Shown: positions 44,914 through 54,912, counted from the first letter of the stretch. The stretch is DNA of 64,000 bases from Hyalangium minutum (GCF_000737315.1 NZ_JMCB01000026.1:48882-112881), one strand, 5' to 3'. The notes: generated from the sequence alone by a model not told the origin. Made by a program: numbers and translations.

Positions 44914-45932
44914 GGAACCGTCTGTCCCGCCGTGGGCGCCGCCGCAGGGAACGCCGCCGCGACACACGCCGCATCGGCCAGCCCGCTCTTCACCGCGTGT
45001 GCGGCCGCCTCGCGCGCGTCCTTGAACAGGACCATGTCCGTGAAGCGCTCCGAGTCCTCGCTGTGGCCCGCGTCCCGGATGTAGATGGCCTTCACCCGCC
45101 CGGGGAACTCCTCGCGGATCTGCTCGTACACCTCGGGATCCTTCTCCCCCGAGTCCCCCACCAGCACCACTGGCTGCGAGAACTGGCTCAGCAGCTTGCG
45201 GATGGCGGGCTGCTTGTAGTTGGACAGCGTGTCCGGGCCCAGGTCCCTCAGGTACATCCCGAACGACGGGAACGCGTTGCGAGTCAGGAAGCTGTGGATG
45301 CGCGGCACGAACTGAACCGGAGAGCCGCTCACCAGCGCGAACGCGGGCACCCCCGGCGTCTTCAGGCACCCATAGAAGGCCGACATGCCGGGCACCACCG
45401 CCTGCGTGTCCGAGTCCTTCAGGAACGCCGACTCCATCAGCTTGGCCGGCTTGATGACCTGCGTGACGGCCAGCGTGTCATCGAAGTCCGAGATGACCAG
45501 GAACGGTGTGGTATCCGGAACGACCTCCACGCGCACCTGGGCGCTGGCGCCGGTCACCTTCGCCTCGGCCAAGGCAATCCCTGTGGGGAAACTGGAGCCC
45601 TCGCGCGGCTGGAGGTTCACCTCGAAGTTCCCATCGTGCCCGCTCGTCACCGTGGCGGTGATGCCCTGGAAGGACACCTCCACCTTGGCACCTTCCCAGT
45701 TGGGCGCCGTGAGCCGGCGCAGGTTGCGCGACAGCACGGAGCTGCCACGGCTGGGGGCCTCCTTCAGCACGCGGCCCTGGACGACCACCCCCGAGGGCCG
45801 TCCCAAAGATGGGAAGAGCAGGACGGCGGGACCGGCCAGCGCGGAAGAGGAGACGAGCAGGAGGGCAGAGGCGAGGAAGCGGGCAGGCGAAGGCAAGAGC
45901 GATCTCTCAGGACAGGACAGTCGGGTTCGCAT
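44910..45932 (-). CDS. App1/DUF2183-family HAD phosphatase, probably exported
   Basis: ISDFDDT (DxDDT), VSGSP, LRD and LVGDSGEKDPEVY...IYIRD motifs; N-terminal signal-like segment ending SSALA. Start uncertain. Confidence 0.85.
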   Translation of the reverse strand: MRTRLSCPERSLLPSPARFLASALLLVSSSALAGPAVLLFPSLGRPSGVVVQGRVLKEAPSRGSSVLSRNLRRLTAPNWEGAKVEVSFQGITATVTSGHDGNFEVNLQPREGSSFPTGIALAEAKVTGASAQVRVEVVPDTTPFLVISDFDDTLAVTQVIKPAKLMESAFLKDSDTQAVVPGMSAFYGCLKTPGVPAFALVSGSPVQFVPRIHSFLTRNAFPSFGMYLRDLGPDTLSNYKQPAIRKLLSQFSQPVVLVGDSGEKDPEVYEQIREEFPGRVKAIYIRDAGHSEDSERFTDMVLFKDAREAAAHAVKSGLADAACVAAAFPAAAPTAGQTVP

Positions 45933-46013
45933 GATAGCTTCTGGCGGCTCCGCGCGGAGACATGCAGTAAAGCGAGCGCTGCGCGGGGCTGCCGCCAGGA
46001 GACCAGATCCATC

Positions 46014-48221
46014 GTGCTGCTGCCCGCCGGGGGACAGGAGTTCGGTAAATACCTGCTGCTCGACCGCATCGCGGTGGGCGGGATGTCGGAGATCTATCGC
46101 GCGCGCATGACGGCGGCCGCCGGCGTCACCAAGCAGGTGGTCATCAAGAAGATCCTCCCCTCGTTCGCCGACAACCCCGCCTTCGTCTCCATGTTCGTCA
46201 ACGAGGCGCGCATCGCCGCGGGGCTGAGCCACGGCAACATCTCCCACGTCGTCGACTTCGGCGAGGTGGACGGCGAGTACTACCTGGCCCTGGAGTGGGT
46301 GCATGGCCAGCCCTTGTCCAAGGTGCTGCGCCGGGCCAAGGACAAGGACCTGGCGGTGCTGCCCGTGCCGCTGGCGCTGCGGGTGGCCACCGAGATGCTC
46401 CGGGGCCTGGAGTACGCGCACAACCAGCTGGACGAGAGCGGACGGCCGCTCAACATCATCCACCGGGACGTCAGCCCGCAGAACGTGGTGCTCGGGTACG
46501 AGGGCCAGGTGAAGCTGGTGGACTTCGGCATCGCCCGGGCGCGGCTGGCCAGCAGCGCCGATGCGGAGGCCAGCGCGGGCCAGGGCAAGTACCTGTACTT
46601 CTCCCCCGAGCAGGCGATGGGCCGCGAGCTGGACGCGCGCGCGGACATCTTCGCCGCGGGCGTGGTGCTCTATCAGATGCTCTGCGGCCGGCTGCCCTGG
46701 GAGGGGGAGCGGATGGAGGTGCTGCAGATCATCACCCAGGGGAACTTCCCTCCTCCGCGCTCCCTCAACCCGGACGTGGCCCCGGAGCTGGAGCGCATCC
46801 TGCTCACCGCGATGGCGGTGGAGCGCGAGCGCCGCTACCCCTCGGCGCAGGCGTTTGGCGAGGCGCTGGAGACGTACCTGCACACCTGCGTGCCGGACTT
46901 CCCCGCGAGCGCCCTGGCCCACTTCATGGGCTATCTCTTCGAGTCGGAGCTCGTGGCGGAGGGGCGCCCCGTGCGGCTGCCTCCGGACTTCCTGGCCCAG
47001 CTCCAGCAGTGGAGCCGAGAACTGCCGGATGAGCTTCCTCGCCTCCGCACCCCCTCCCGCTCCTCGCTGCCCGTCCCCACCCTGCCCCCTCCTCCGGAGC
47101 CCCCCGAGCCTCCGCGCAGACGGTGGTCGATTGCACCGTGGGTGCTGTTCGGCGCGCCCGTGGCCGCCGCGCTCCTCGCTGTCGCGTTCTTCCTGACGCG
47201 AGAGGACGGCAAGACGTTCTCGGTGGAGCTCACCTCCACGCCCCAGGGGGCCTCCGTCTGGGTGGACGGGCTGCTCCTCATGGAGCACACGCCCACGCTC
47301 ATTCCCCTCTCGGCGGATCGCGAACACCTCATTGAAGTGCACGCCATCGGCATGGAGTCCTGGAGCCAGCGCGTCCGGGCCGACGAGGGCGCCACCCTGG
47401 CCGTGCGCGCCAACCTGCGCCCCGCGAGTCCCCGGCTCGCCCGGCAGTCGATGACAGGCGCCTCGGTACTGCCTCCCGGCGCGCAGGTGCCCAATGAGGG
47501 GACCTTCCCCCTGCCGAGCTTCGAGCTGCGGCCCTCGCAGCATGCCTTCCTCGTGCCCCCGTCCTCGGCGGCGCGGCTGCGGCTGGATCCGTCTCGCACC
47601 TACTCCCTGCGCGCCGAGCGCGGCCCCAAGAAGGGCTCGGCCGCGGGGGCCTCGGCGGACACCCTCATCTATTACCTGGAAGGCGGCGCTTCGCTCCCCG
47701 CGCGGAAGTCCTTCGGGCTGCTGGGGGGACAGGAGCTCCAGGTGAGCAACGCCTTCGCGCTCTACCTCTTCGTGCCGGAGAGCCCCGGACAGGCGCCCTC
47801 CGGCAGCTTCCAGGTCGCCGTGCGAGAGACGGCCAGCGGCACCGGCGCCACGGTGATGGTGGACACGCACCAGCACGCGGTGACACCCCGCCCTGGGGAG
47901 AGCTACACGCTGCGCGGGCTCGATCCCGCCACCACCTATGAGGTGCGCCTGCGCGACACCGCCCGGCCAGCCCGGACGCGCGGCATCCAGGGAGAGGCCG
48001 TGGGCAAGGTGCTCGTGCTCCAGGACGGCGGCTGCGGCGCGGAGGTGGGCGGCCCCTGGACGTCGGGCCGGGCCCATGTGGTGGAGAGGGGCCACCCCAC
48101 CCGCTTCACCGGGATGAGCTGGCTGCGCTTCACCTTCCCGGACGAGGACCTGGAGGACAACGCCGGAGCGCTCTCCGTCGAGGTTGTCACCATCACCGGC
48201 CCTCACCCCCAGGGGTGCTGA
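46014..48221 (+). CDS. Membrane Ser/Thr protein kinase (Pkn type) with PEGA domain
   Basis: AVGGMSEIY, VIKK, HRDVSPQN, DFG and YFSPEQ motifs; TM helix; ELTSTPQGASVWVDG PEGA. GTG start inferred. Confidence 0.93.
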   Translation: MLLPAGGQEFGKYLLLDRIAVGGMSEIYRARMTAAAGVTKQVVIKKILPSFADNPAFVSMFVNEARIAAGLSHGNISHVVDFGEVDGEYYLALEWVHGQPLSKVLRRAKDKDLAVLPVPLALRVATEMLRGLEYAHNQLDESGRPLNIIHRDVSPQNVVLGYEGQVKLVDFGIARARLASSADAEASAGQGKYLYFSPEQAMGRELDARADIFAAGVVLYQMLCGRLPWEGERMEVLQIITQGNFPPPRSLNPDVAPELERILLTAMAVERERRYPSAQAFGEALETYLHTCVPDFPASALAHFMGYLFESELVAEGRPVRLPPDFLAQLQQWSRELPDELPRLRTPSRSSLPVPTLPPPPEPPEPPRRRWSIAPWVLFGAPVAAALLAVAFFLTREDGKTFSVELTSTPQGASVWVDGLLLMEHTPTLIPLSADREHLIEVHAIGMESWSQRVRADEGATLAVRANLRPASPRLARQSMTGASVLPPGAQVPNEGTFPLPSFELRPSQHAFLVPPSSAARLRLDPSRTYSLRAERGPKKGSAAGASADTLIYYLEGGASLPARKSFGLLGGQELQVSNAFALYLFVPESPGQAPSGSFQVAVRETASGTGATVMVDTHQHAVTPRPGESYTLRGLDPATTYEVRLRDTARPARTRGIQGEAVGKVLVLQDGGCGAEVGGPWTSGRAHVVERGHPTRFTGMSWLRFTFPDEDLEDNAGALSVEVVTITGPHPQGC

Positions 48222-48351
48222 GCCCTCTGGGGCGTGTGGCTCCCTGTAGCAATGTGGAGCATCCTGTAGCCGAAAAATTGATCAACCGCCCGCCTTCCCT
48301 ACCCTGTCGTGCATGAGGCCCGCCTGCTGCGGGCTCGGTGGGAGGCTGCAC

Positions 48352-48558
48352 ATGAAGAAGTGGCTCGTACTGGGAGTGCTGGGGACGGCGGTGGCGGCGG
48401 TGGCGGGACTGTCCTCTCGCGAGCAGATGGCACCGGTGACGCCCGAGCCCACGGACTCCGAGGTGGCCGCCCACGTGGACGCCCGGCTGCACCAGGTGAT
48501 GCACGGCATCCTGGCGAGCGAACATTCCGATGAACTCACGGCGGCAGTCCGCCGGTAA
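48352..48558 (+). CDS. Small hypothetical exported protein (68 aa)
   Basis: GGAGG RBS, ATG, MKKWLVLGVLGTAVAAVAG signal-like N-terminus. Confidence 0.65.
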   Translation: MKKWLVLGVLGTAVAAVAGLSSREQMAPVTPEPTDSEVAAHVDARLHQVMHGILASEHSDELTAAVRR

Positions 48559-48630
48559 TGTCGTAGCGTTGAGCGCCGCTCGGTGCTACGACCGGCGTCT
48601 GCGCTCGTTGCTCTCGCCCACGAGGGGGAC

Positions 48631-49569
48631 ATGCCAGAAGGACTTCAGCTCGCGGTCGGCGATCGGGTGGTCTACCCCAACCAAGGGGTGTGCCTCGTCA
48701 CGGCCATCGATGTGAAAGAAGTGGCTGGCCAGAAGCTGACCTTCGTCACGATGCGCCGGGAAGAAGACGGTGCGGTGGTGATGGTGCCTCAGGCCAAGGT
48801 CACCGCCATCGGCGTGCGCAAGGTCGCCACCGCCGAGGACGTAGAGCAGATCTACTCCTTCCTCCGTTCGGACAGCGACAAGGCGGACCTGGACTGGAAG
48901 CAGCGGGCCCGGACCAACCTGGACCGGATGACCCAGGGCGGCATTCTGGGGCTGGCCGAGGTGGTGAAGGGCCTGCAGGTGCTCAGCGAGCTGCGGCCGC
49001 TGCCCACCAAGGAGCGCGAGCTGTACGACAACGCGCGCCACCTGCTGGTGTCCGAGGTCGCCGCCGCGCTGAACATCCCCGAGGTCAACGCGGAGGACTC
49101 GATCGACATCGTCCTGTTCCCGCCGGGCCGCGAGCGGCCCAAGCGCACCGCGGAGGAGTTCAAGCCGCGCGGCGTGGGGGACGAGGACGACCTGGGGCTG
49201 GATGGGGCCCTGCTGGGGCTCGACGGCGACCTGGAGGACCTGCCTCCGGACGAGGAGGAGGCCCCACCCGAGGAGGAGTCTTCCGAGGAAGCGGGCGACG
49301 AGGAGGCGGGCGACGAGGAGGAGACTCCCAAGGCGGCCAAGAAGGCGGCGAAAGCAGCGCCGGCCGAGGGTGCCGAGGAAGAGGCTCCGAAGCGCAAGCG
49401 GGGCCGTCCGCCCAAGCCGAAGCCCGAGGGTGAGGCTGCGGCACCGGCGGCTCCGAAGAAGCGCGGCCGCCCGCCCAAGCCGAAGCCCGAGGGTGAGGCC
49501 GCGGCGCCGGCGGCTCCGAAGAAGCGCGGCCGTCCGCCGAAGAAGAAGCCCGAGGAAGGGACCGAGTAG
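48631..49569 (+). CDS. carD: CarD: RNAP-binding N-terminal domain, acidic region and HMGA-like AT-hooks
   Basis: GDRVVYPNQGV and DWKQR CarD/TRCF motifs; acidic tract; three RGRP AT-hooks; followed by carG. Confidence 0.93.
   Translation: MPEGLQLAVGDRVVYPNQGVCLVTAIDVKEVAGQKLTFVTMRREEDGAVVMVPQAKVTAIGVRKVATAEDVEQIYSFLRSDSDKADLDWKQRARTNLDRMTQGGILGLAEVVKGLQVLSELRPLPTKERELYDNARHLLVSEVAAALNIPEVNAEDSIDIVLFPPGRERPKRTAEEFKPRGVGDEDDLGLDGALLGLDGDLEDLPPDEEEAPPEEESSEEAGDEEAGDEEETPKAAKKAAKAAPAEGAEEEAPKRKRGRPPKPKPEGEAAAPAAPKKRGRPPKPKPEGEAAAPAAPKKRGRPPKKKPEEGTE
49384..49554 (+). repeat. 63-66-bp tandem repeat encoding the CarD AT-hooks
   Basis: gctccgaag at 49384, 49450 and 49513; unit APK(R)KRGRPPKPKPEGEAAAPA. 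Confidence 0.9.
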
Positions 49570-49635
49570 GACGCACGGGATGGCGGCGGGTGGCGAGCCC
49601 GCCGAGTGAGAACCTTGTCTCCGAGGTGATGCTCC

Positions 49636-50148
49636 GTGATTCGCGTGGTGACGCTGGACTCGTACGATGACAAGCAGCTGGCCAAGTTCAGCCGCACGCT
49701 CTACACGGCGTTCGGCGTGGGCAGCGAGCACACGGGGCAGTTCGAGCTGCCCTCGGGGATGCCCGAGCCGCTGGACGCCGAGAAGGTGCTGGACGCGGTG
49801 AAGGGCGTGCGGGCCTACAAGGACGACAAGGTCCTGTATCTGACGAGCCGGAAGCTGAAGGAGCGGGAGCTGCCGAGCGGCACGGCGCCGACGAACGGCT
49901 TCTCGCGGTTTGGCAAGGACAAGGCGATCATCACGAGCGCCGGGTACAAGGATCTCGAGGTGGGGTACAAGCCAGTGGCGCGGCACGCGCTGCACCAGCT
50001 GGGGCACCTGTGGGAGCTGCACCACTGCCTGGATCCGCGCTGCTCGATGTACCCACCGTGGACGCCCTCTTTCGCCCAGGGTGAGCCCACCTTCTGCACC
50101 TTCTGCCGCGAGAAGAGCGAGCAGAAGATCCGCCTTGCGAAGTCCTAA
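49636..50148 (+). CDS. carG: CarG, zinc-binding archaemetzincin-like adaptor
   Basis: 170 aa; HQLGHLWELHHCLDPRCSM (HExxH with E replaced by Q, plus Cys cluster); immediately after carD. Confidence 0.93.
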   Translation: MIRVVTLDSYDDKQLAKFSRTLYTAFGVGSEHTGQFELPSGMPEPLDAEKVLDAVKGVRAYKDDKVLYLTSRKLKERELPSGTAPTNGFSRFGKDKAIITSAGYKDLEVGYKPVARHALHQLGHLWELHHCLDPRCSMYPPWTPSFAQGEPTFCTFCREKSEQKIRLAKS

Positions 50149-51082
50149 GTCCCTCCTCGCAGCCCTCCCCCTGGTGCAGTTGGGGGGATTCGTCCTCGTC
50201 GCGCTGCTGTGCCTGGTGTTCTATGCGCGGCTGCCCGGGCGGCTCCCCTCGGAGACGGACTACCTCGCCGTCAGTGAGCGGCTGAAGGCCGAGCTCCGTC
50301 CGGGAGACACGGTGCTGCTCTTCCCCTGGTGGACCGAGCGCGCGCGCCTGTACCTGCCGCCGCAGGTCCCCGTGGTCGGCTACTTCGGCTCGGACAAGGA
50401 CAACCTCCTCGCGCACCCACGCATCTGGGTGCTGGGCCAGCCACAGCTGCCCAAGGCCGATGAGGAAGCCTTCCTCCACGACTTCCTCCCCGGCCGCACA
50501 GCGGTGGGCCAGCCCTTCCAGGCCGGGAACCTCACGCTCACGCTCTACACGAATGGGCGCTACCGTCCGCACCGCTTCGTGGCCTCCGAGCAATACGCCC
50601 ACGCCCGTGTCTACCTGGAGTCCCCGGATGGCACGCGCCGTCCCTGCCCTTTCGACGGCCAGGCGCACCGCTGCCCCGGGCCTCCTCACCTCTATGTGGC
50701 TCCAGAGTGGCACGAGATCCTCTACGAGCCGCGTCACTGTCTGTGGATGCACCCACCCGGCGGGGCGGACCGGCTCGTCGCGGAGTTCGACGGTGTGCCT
50801 GGAGGAACGGGACTTCGCCTCGAGGGAGGCCTCATCTTCGAGTTCCCCTTCGGAGCGCCCCATCGGAGCAACGTCATCATCGGCGTGGATGACGCGCGTA
50901 CCGGCGAGCGGCTGCTGGACGTGGTCGTGCCGCAGGGCGTGCCCGGCCTCCAGAAGGCGGAGCGAGCACTGCCCCCCGGAGAGCCTCGCACCGTGAAGAT
51001 CTGGTCCCAGGCCACCAACCCCGAGGCGCGCCAACTGTGCCTGGACGTGTTCGCCCTCGGGGCTCCAGGGGAGGGCGCGTGA
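50135..51082 (+). CDS. Hypothetical membrane-anchored protein
   Basis: N-terminal TM helix then a soluble domain; overlaps the carG end and is coupled to the next gene. Start uncertain (TTG). Confidence 0.7.
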   Translation: MRSPKSLLAALPLVQLGGFVLVALLCLVFYARLPGRLPSETDYLAVSERLKAELRPGDTVLLFPWWTERARLYLPPQVPVVGYFGSDKDNLLAHPRIWVLGQPQLPKADEEAFLHDFLPGRTAVGQPFQAGNLTLTLYTNGRYRPHRFVASEQYAHARVYLESPDGTRRPCPFDGQAHRCPGPPHLYVAPEWHEILYEPRHCLWMHPPGGADRLVAEFDGVPGGTGLRLEGGLIFEFPFGAPHRSNVIIGVDDARTGERLLDVVVPQGVPGLQKAERALPPGEPRTVKIWSQATNPEARQLCLDVFALGAPGEGA

Positions 51083-52914
51083 TGCTGGGGCGGCCGGCCA
51101 CACGTCAGGAGAAGTGGATCGCCGTAGGGCTCTGGGTGGGGGCTTTCCTCGTCCTGCTCATCACCGAGCGCGCCGTGGGCTTCGTGCGCGACGAGGGCAT
51201 CTACTTCGTCTCCTCCGAGAGCTACGCCCATTGGTTCCAGCAGTTGTTCCAGCATCCCTCGTTGGCGATGAAGGACTCGGCCATCGTCAGCGCGTGGGAC
51301 GTGAACCACGAGCACCCCGTGCTGATGAAAGAGCTCTTCGGGCTCTCTCACCTGCTGTTCCACGAGACGCTCGGGTGGCTGCGCCCCGCGACGGCCCTCC
51401 GCCTCCCCGCCCTGGCCATGGCGGCCCTGGTGCCTGCGCTCACCTTCCTCTTCGGCAGCGCCCTTTACGGCCGGGCCGTGGGACTCTTCGCCGCCCTCTC
51501 CTTCCTGCTCGTTCCTCGCCACTACTTCAACGCGGAGCTGGCCGCCTTCGACATGCCCGTGGCGGCCATGTGGCTGCTCGTCGTCTACGCCTTCTGGCGC
51601 GCCATGGAGTCCCGGCGCTGGGGGCTCCTCTGCGGCGTAGCGTTCGGGCTCGCCCTCTGCACCAAGCACAACGCGCTCTTCCTGCCCTTCGTGCTCGTCC
51701 CGTTCGCCCTGTGGCGGGCATGGAAGGAGAGCCAGGACGTGCCTGCGGCGCGGGACGGAGCGTGGCGCTTCGTCGGCCTGTTCGCCGCCGTGGCCGCGCT
51801 TTACCTGCTGCTCTTCATCGCGCTGGGCCCAGGTGGCTTCGAGCGGAAGTTCATCCCCCTCAGCCCGCACATGATCCTCTTCGTGGGGCTGGCGGTGGGC
51901 GCCTTCTGGGTGCTGAGCGAGCTCCACCGCGTGCACGAACCCACGGCTCGCGCGCTCATCCCCGTGGCGGCGATGGCCGTGTTCGGGCCGATCCTCTTCT
52001 ACCTGCACTGGCCCTACCTCTGGCACCACCCTGTGGCGCGCGTGGCCTGGTACCTGAGCTTCCACGCCAAGCACGAGCACTACGCCTGGTTCTACCTGGG
52101 CAACCTCATGCGCGCCCCGCCGTTCCCCCTGAGCTACGTGCTGGTGAAGACCGCGCTCACCGTGCCTACCAGCCTCTTCGTCCCCATGGCCGTGGGCTGG
52201 CTCACCGTGGTGGGGCGCGCGCTGCTCAGCCTCCCAACCCGCACACGCGAGTGGGTCCGCCGTCCCTCCCTCACGGAAGCGCTCGTGGCCGTGAACGCGG
52301 TGGCCTCCATCGCCATCATCAGCCACCCGCAGGTGCCGCACTTCGGCGGAGTGAAGCACTGGCTGCCGTCCATGCCCTTCCTGGGAATCCTCGCGGGAGC
52401 CGCAGTCGTGGGGGGCTGCACCGCGCTCGTGGAGCGGCTGCGGACCCGCCGCCCCACCCTGCCCTTCGCCACAGTCGCAGTCCCCGTGTTCGCGCTGCTC
52501 ATGGCCCCAGCGCTGGCCGGGCTGGTGCGCGTGTTCCCCTATGGCACGGCTTTCTACTCGGAGCTTGCGGGAGGACTGCCCGGCGCGGCCTCCCTGGGCA
52601 TGCAGCGCCAGTTCTGGTCCAGCCACGTGACGGGCGTGCTGCCGTGGATCAACGAGCACGCCAAGCCCGGCGCCCGCGTCTACCTGCACGAGGTGACGGG
52701 CTACTCCGTCCAGCACTACCAGGAGAACGGAATGCTGCGGAGAGACTTGCAGCTGGCCTGGAGCCCCTCGGACGCGGACATCGCCGTGTACCAGTACCAC
52801 CAGGAGTTCCGCGAGCATGAGTTCAACATCTGGCAGGCCTTCGGTACCCGGACGCCCGTCACAGGGCTCTACCTGGACGAGACGCCGCAGATTGTCGTCT
52901 ATCAGCGTCCCTGA
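51082..52914 (+). CDS. GT-C fold glycosyltransferase (ArnT/PMT family 39-like)
   Basis: RDEGIY, EHPVL, FDMP and KHN motifs; many TM helices; C-terminal soluble domain. Confidence 0.85.
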   Translation: MLGRPATRQEKWIAVGLWVGAFLVLLITERAVGFVRDEGIYFVSSESYAHWFQQLFQHPSLAMKDSAIVSAWDVNHEHPVLMKELFGLSHLLFHETLGWLRPATALRLPALAMAALVPALTFLFGSALYGRAVGLFAALSFLLVPRHYFNAELAAFDMPVAAMWLLVVYAFWRAMESRRWGLLCGVAFGLALCTKHNALFLPFVLVPFALWRAWKESQDVPAARDGAWRFVGLFAAVAALYLLLFIALGPGGFERKFIPLSPHMILFVGLAVGAFWVLSELHRVHEPTARALIPVAAMAVFGPILFYLHWPYLWHHPVARVAWYLSFHAKHEHYAWFYLGNLMRAPPFPLSYVLVKTALTVPTSLFVPMAVGWLTVVGRALLSLPTRTREWVRRPSLTEALVAVNAVASIAIISHPQVPHFGGVKHWLPSMPFLGILAGAAVVGGCTALVERLRTRRPTLPFATVAVPVFALLMAPALAGLVRVFPYGTAFYSELAGGLPGAASLGMQRQFWSSHVTGVLPWINEHAKPGARVYLHEVTGYSVQHYQENGMLRRDLQLAWSPSDADIAVYQYHQEFREHEFNIWQAFGTRTPVTGLYLDETPQIVVYQRP

Positions 52915-53025
52915 GCCCCGCGGCCTGTTCAACCTCCTGCAGGCGACACAGTCTTCTCCCTTGGGGGCAACGTCCAAGGTAGGCTGCCCAGGCAGACAGC
53001 AGTTCGAAGCGGGAGGGAGGAACAT

Positions 53026-53613
53026 ATGACGCGGTGGCCATGGGCCGTGGCCGTTTTGGCGCTGACGGCAGGCTGTACCCAGGACAACAAGCAAGCTCCG
53101 CCGACTCGGGCGCAGCTCCGCAAGGTGAGCGGCTCGACGATGGAGATCGTCCCCAGCGAGGGCCAGCTGCCCTACTGCCTCGTCTACACGGTGTCCCAGA
53201 AGGGCGTCATCCGGCAGCTGACGATGACGCGCGAGAACCGCTCCATCAAATGCGATTCGGGCCGCCCCGTCGCCAACGCGAGCTTCCGCGTCCCCGCGCA
53301 GGAAGGCCCCGTGAAGGTCTACGTCTTCTTCTCGGACCAGCGCGTGCAGGCGGGCTCGGTGGCGCAGCAGCTCTTCGAGCTCCAGGGCCGGCCCCGCGTG
53401 ACGGCCATGGACTTCCGCCTGCCAGGCCAGGCCTTCGTGGAGATGCTGGAGTTCATCCCCGAGGAGGGCGAGCAACCCGTCACCGGAGGCGTCGTCTCGC
53501 CCGCCGGAGAGGTGGAGCCCGGCACGGGCGACCAAGGCCTCACCGAGGAGATGACGGGCAGCCCCCCCGAGGCCACTGACGGCGGCACAGCTCCCACGGA
53601 CGCGGGGACCTGA
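53026..53613 (+). CDS. Hypothetical lipoprotein
   Basis: MTRWPWAVAVLALTAGC lipobox; GGAGG RBS. Confidence 0.85.
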   Translation: MTRWPWAVAVLALTAGCTQDNKQAPPTRAQLRKVSGSTMEIVPSEGQLPYCLVYTVSQKGVIRQLTMTRENRSIKCDSGRPVANASFRVPAQEGPVKVYVFFSDQRVQAGSVAQQLFELQGRPRVTAMDFRLPGQAFVEMLEFIPEEGEQPVTGGVVSPAGEVEPGTGDQGLTEEMTGSPPEATDGGTAPTDAGT

Positions 53614-53712
53614 CGTCCCAAGCCAGTCCTCCGGAACAGGGGTGTCTGTGGGAGCCCCTGCCGGGACTCACCGCTTGTTGTCCTCCGAGGCGTCATCTTG
53701 TCAGATGGCCCC

Positions 53713-54912
53713 ATGCACGCCTCTGCACCGCTCTCGCCCGACGTGCTCGGCTCCGCTGAGGGGATCGTCAACCCCTACCCAGTCTACCGAGCCTTCCGCG
53801 GCCCCAACCCGGTCCGGTTGATGAGGCTCCCCGCAGGCGCCACCCCGGGCCAGACAGCGCCTCTCTACTCCTGGGCCCTGCTGCGCCACGAGAGCGTGGT
53901 GGCCGCCCTCCGCGACCCGGCGACGTTCTCCGCGTACTCGCCGCAGGTGCTGAGGAACATGCCCAAGCTCCCGATGGTGCATGATGACCCGCCGCAACAC
54001 ACCCGCCTGCGGCGGCTCGTGAACAAGGCCTTCAGCCCGCAGCGTGTCGCTTCGCTCGCGGAGCCGGTGGGCCGCATCGCCCAGGACCTGCTCGACGCCT
54101 CGGGCCGAGGCCCCTTGGAGTTCATGGCGGCCTATGCGGTCCCTCTGCCCATCCAAGTCATTGCCCAGCTGCTCGGCCTCCCGCCCCAGGACTACCCCTC
54201 CCTCAAGCTCTGGTCGGACGCCATGATCTCCTACGTGGGAATCCCCCCGGAGGAGCGGGCCCGCAAGCTCCAGGCGTTGAACGACTACCTGCGCCAGAGC
54301 ATCGCCGAGCGCAGGGCTCATCCTCGGGAGGATCTGATCTCGGCGCTCTTGGAGGCCAAGGTCGAGGGAGAGTCGCTCTCCGCTGAGGGGATCCTGAACT
54401 TCACCATGGTGCTCCTCATCGCGGGCAACGAGACGACCACGAACCTGATCGGCAACATGATGGCCCTGCTCGCGGATCGCCCGGAGCTCTGGCGCCGCGC
54501 CCGTGAGGACCGCTCCCTGGTCGACCCCATCATCGAAGAGGTGCTGCGCTACGAGAGCCCGATCCAGCGGCGTCCCCGAGTGACAGCCCGTCCAGTGCGG
54601 ATCGGCGAGGTGGAGCTGCAGGCGGGCGAGCTGGTGGACCTCTACTTTGGCGCTGCGAACCGGGATCCCGACGTCTTCGCGGAGCCGGAGGAGTTCCGGC
54701 CCGGCCGTCCGGAGAACACCGAGCACGTGGCGTTTGGGTTCGGCCCCCACTTCTGCCTGGGGGCCATGCTGGCCCGGCTCGAGGGTCGAATCTCACTGAA
54801 CGCGCTGCTCGATCGCTTCCCCGTCTTGGAGCGGGGACAGGAGCCCGCGGTGCGGCAGAACTCCGCTCCGCTGAGCCTGGGGTATCGATCATTGCCGCTG
54901 GTGCTCGGCTGA
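53713..54912 (+). CDS. Cytochrome P450
   Basis: DDPPQHTRLR, AGNETT, EVLR (ExxR) and FGFGPHFCLG heme motifs. Confidence 0.97.
   Translation: MHASAPLSPDVLGSAEGIVNPYPVYRAFRGPNPVRLMRLPAGATPGQTAPLYSWALLRHESVVAALRDPATFSAYSPQVLRNMPKLPMVHDDPPQHTRLRRLVNKAFSPQRVASLAEPVGRIAQDLLDASGRGPLEFMAAYAVPLPIQVIAQLLGLPPQDYPSLKLWSDAMISYVGIPPEERARKLQALNDYLRQSIAERRAHPREDLISALLEAKVEGESLSAEGILNFTMVLLIAGNETTTNLIGNMMALLADRPELWRRAREDRSLVDPIIEEVLRYESPIQRRPRVTARPVRIGEVELQAGELVDLYFGAANRDPDVFAEPEEFRPGRPENTEHVAFGFGPHFCLGAMLARLEGRISLNALLDRFPVLERGQEPAVRQNSAPLSLGYRSLPLVLG

Noticed and set aside
44910-48221. Two overlapping ~1100-aa ORFs on opposite strands, suggesting a kinase-phosphatase fusion or overlapping genes
   Set aside because: Each has real motifs only in its 3' part. 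They are divergent genes (starts about 45932 and 46014) whose frames stay open through each other's shadow.
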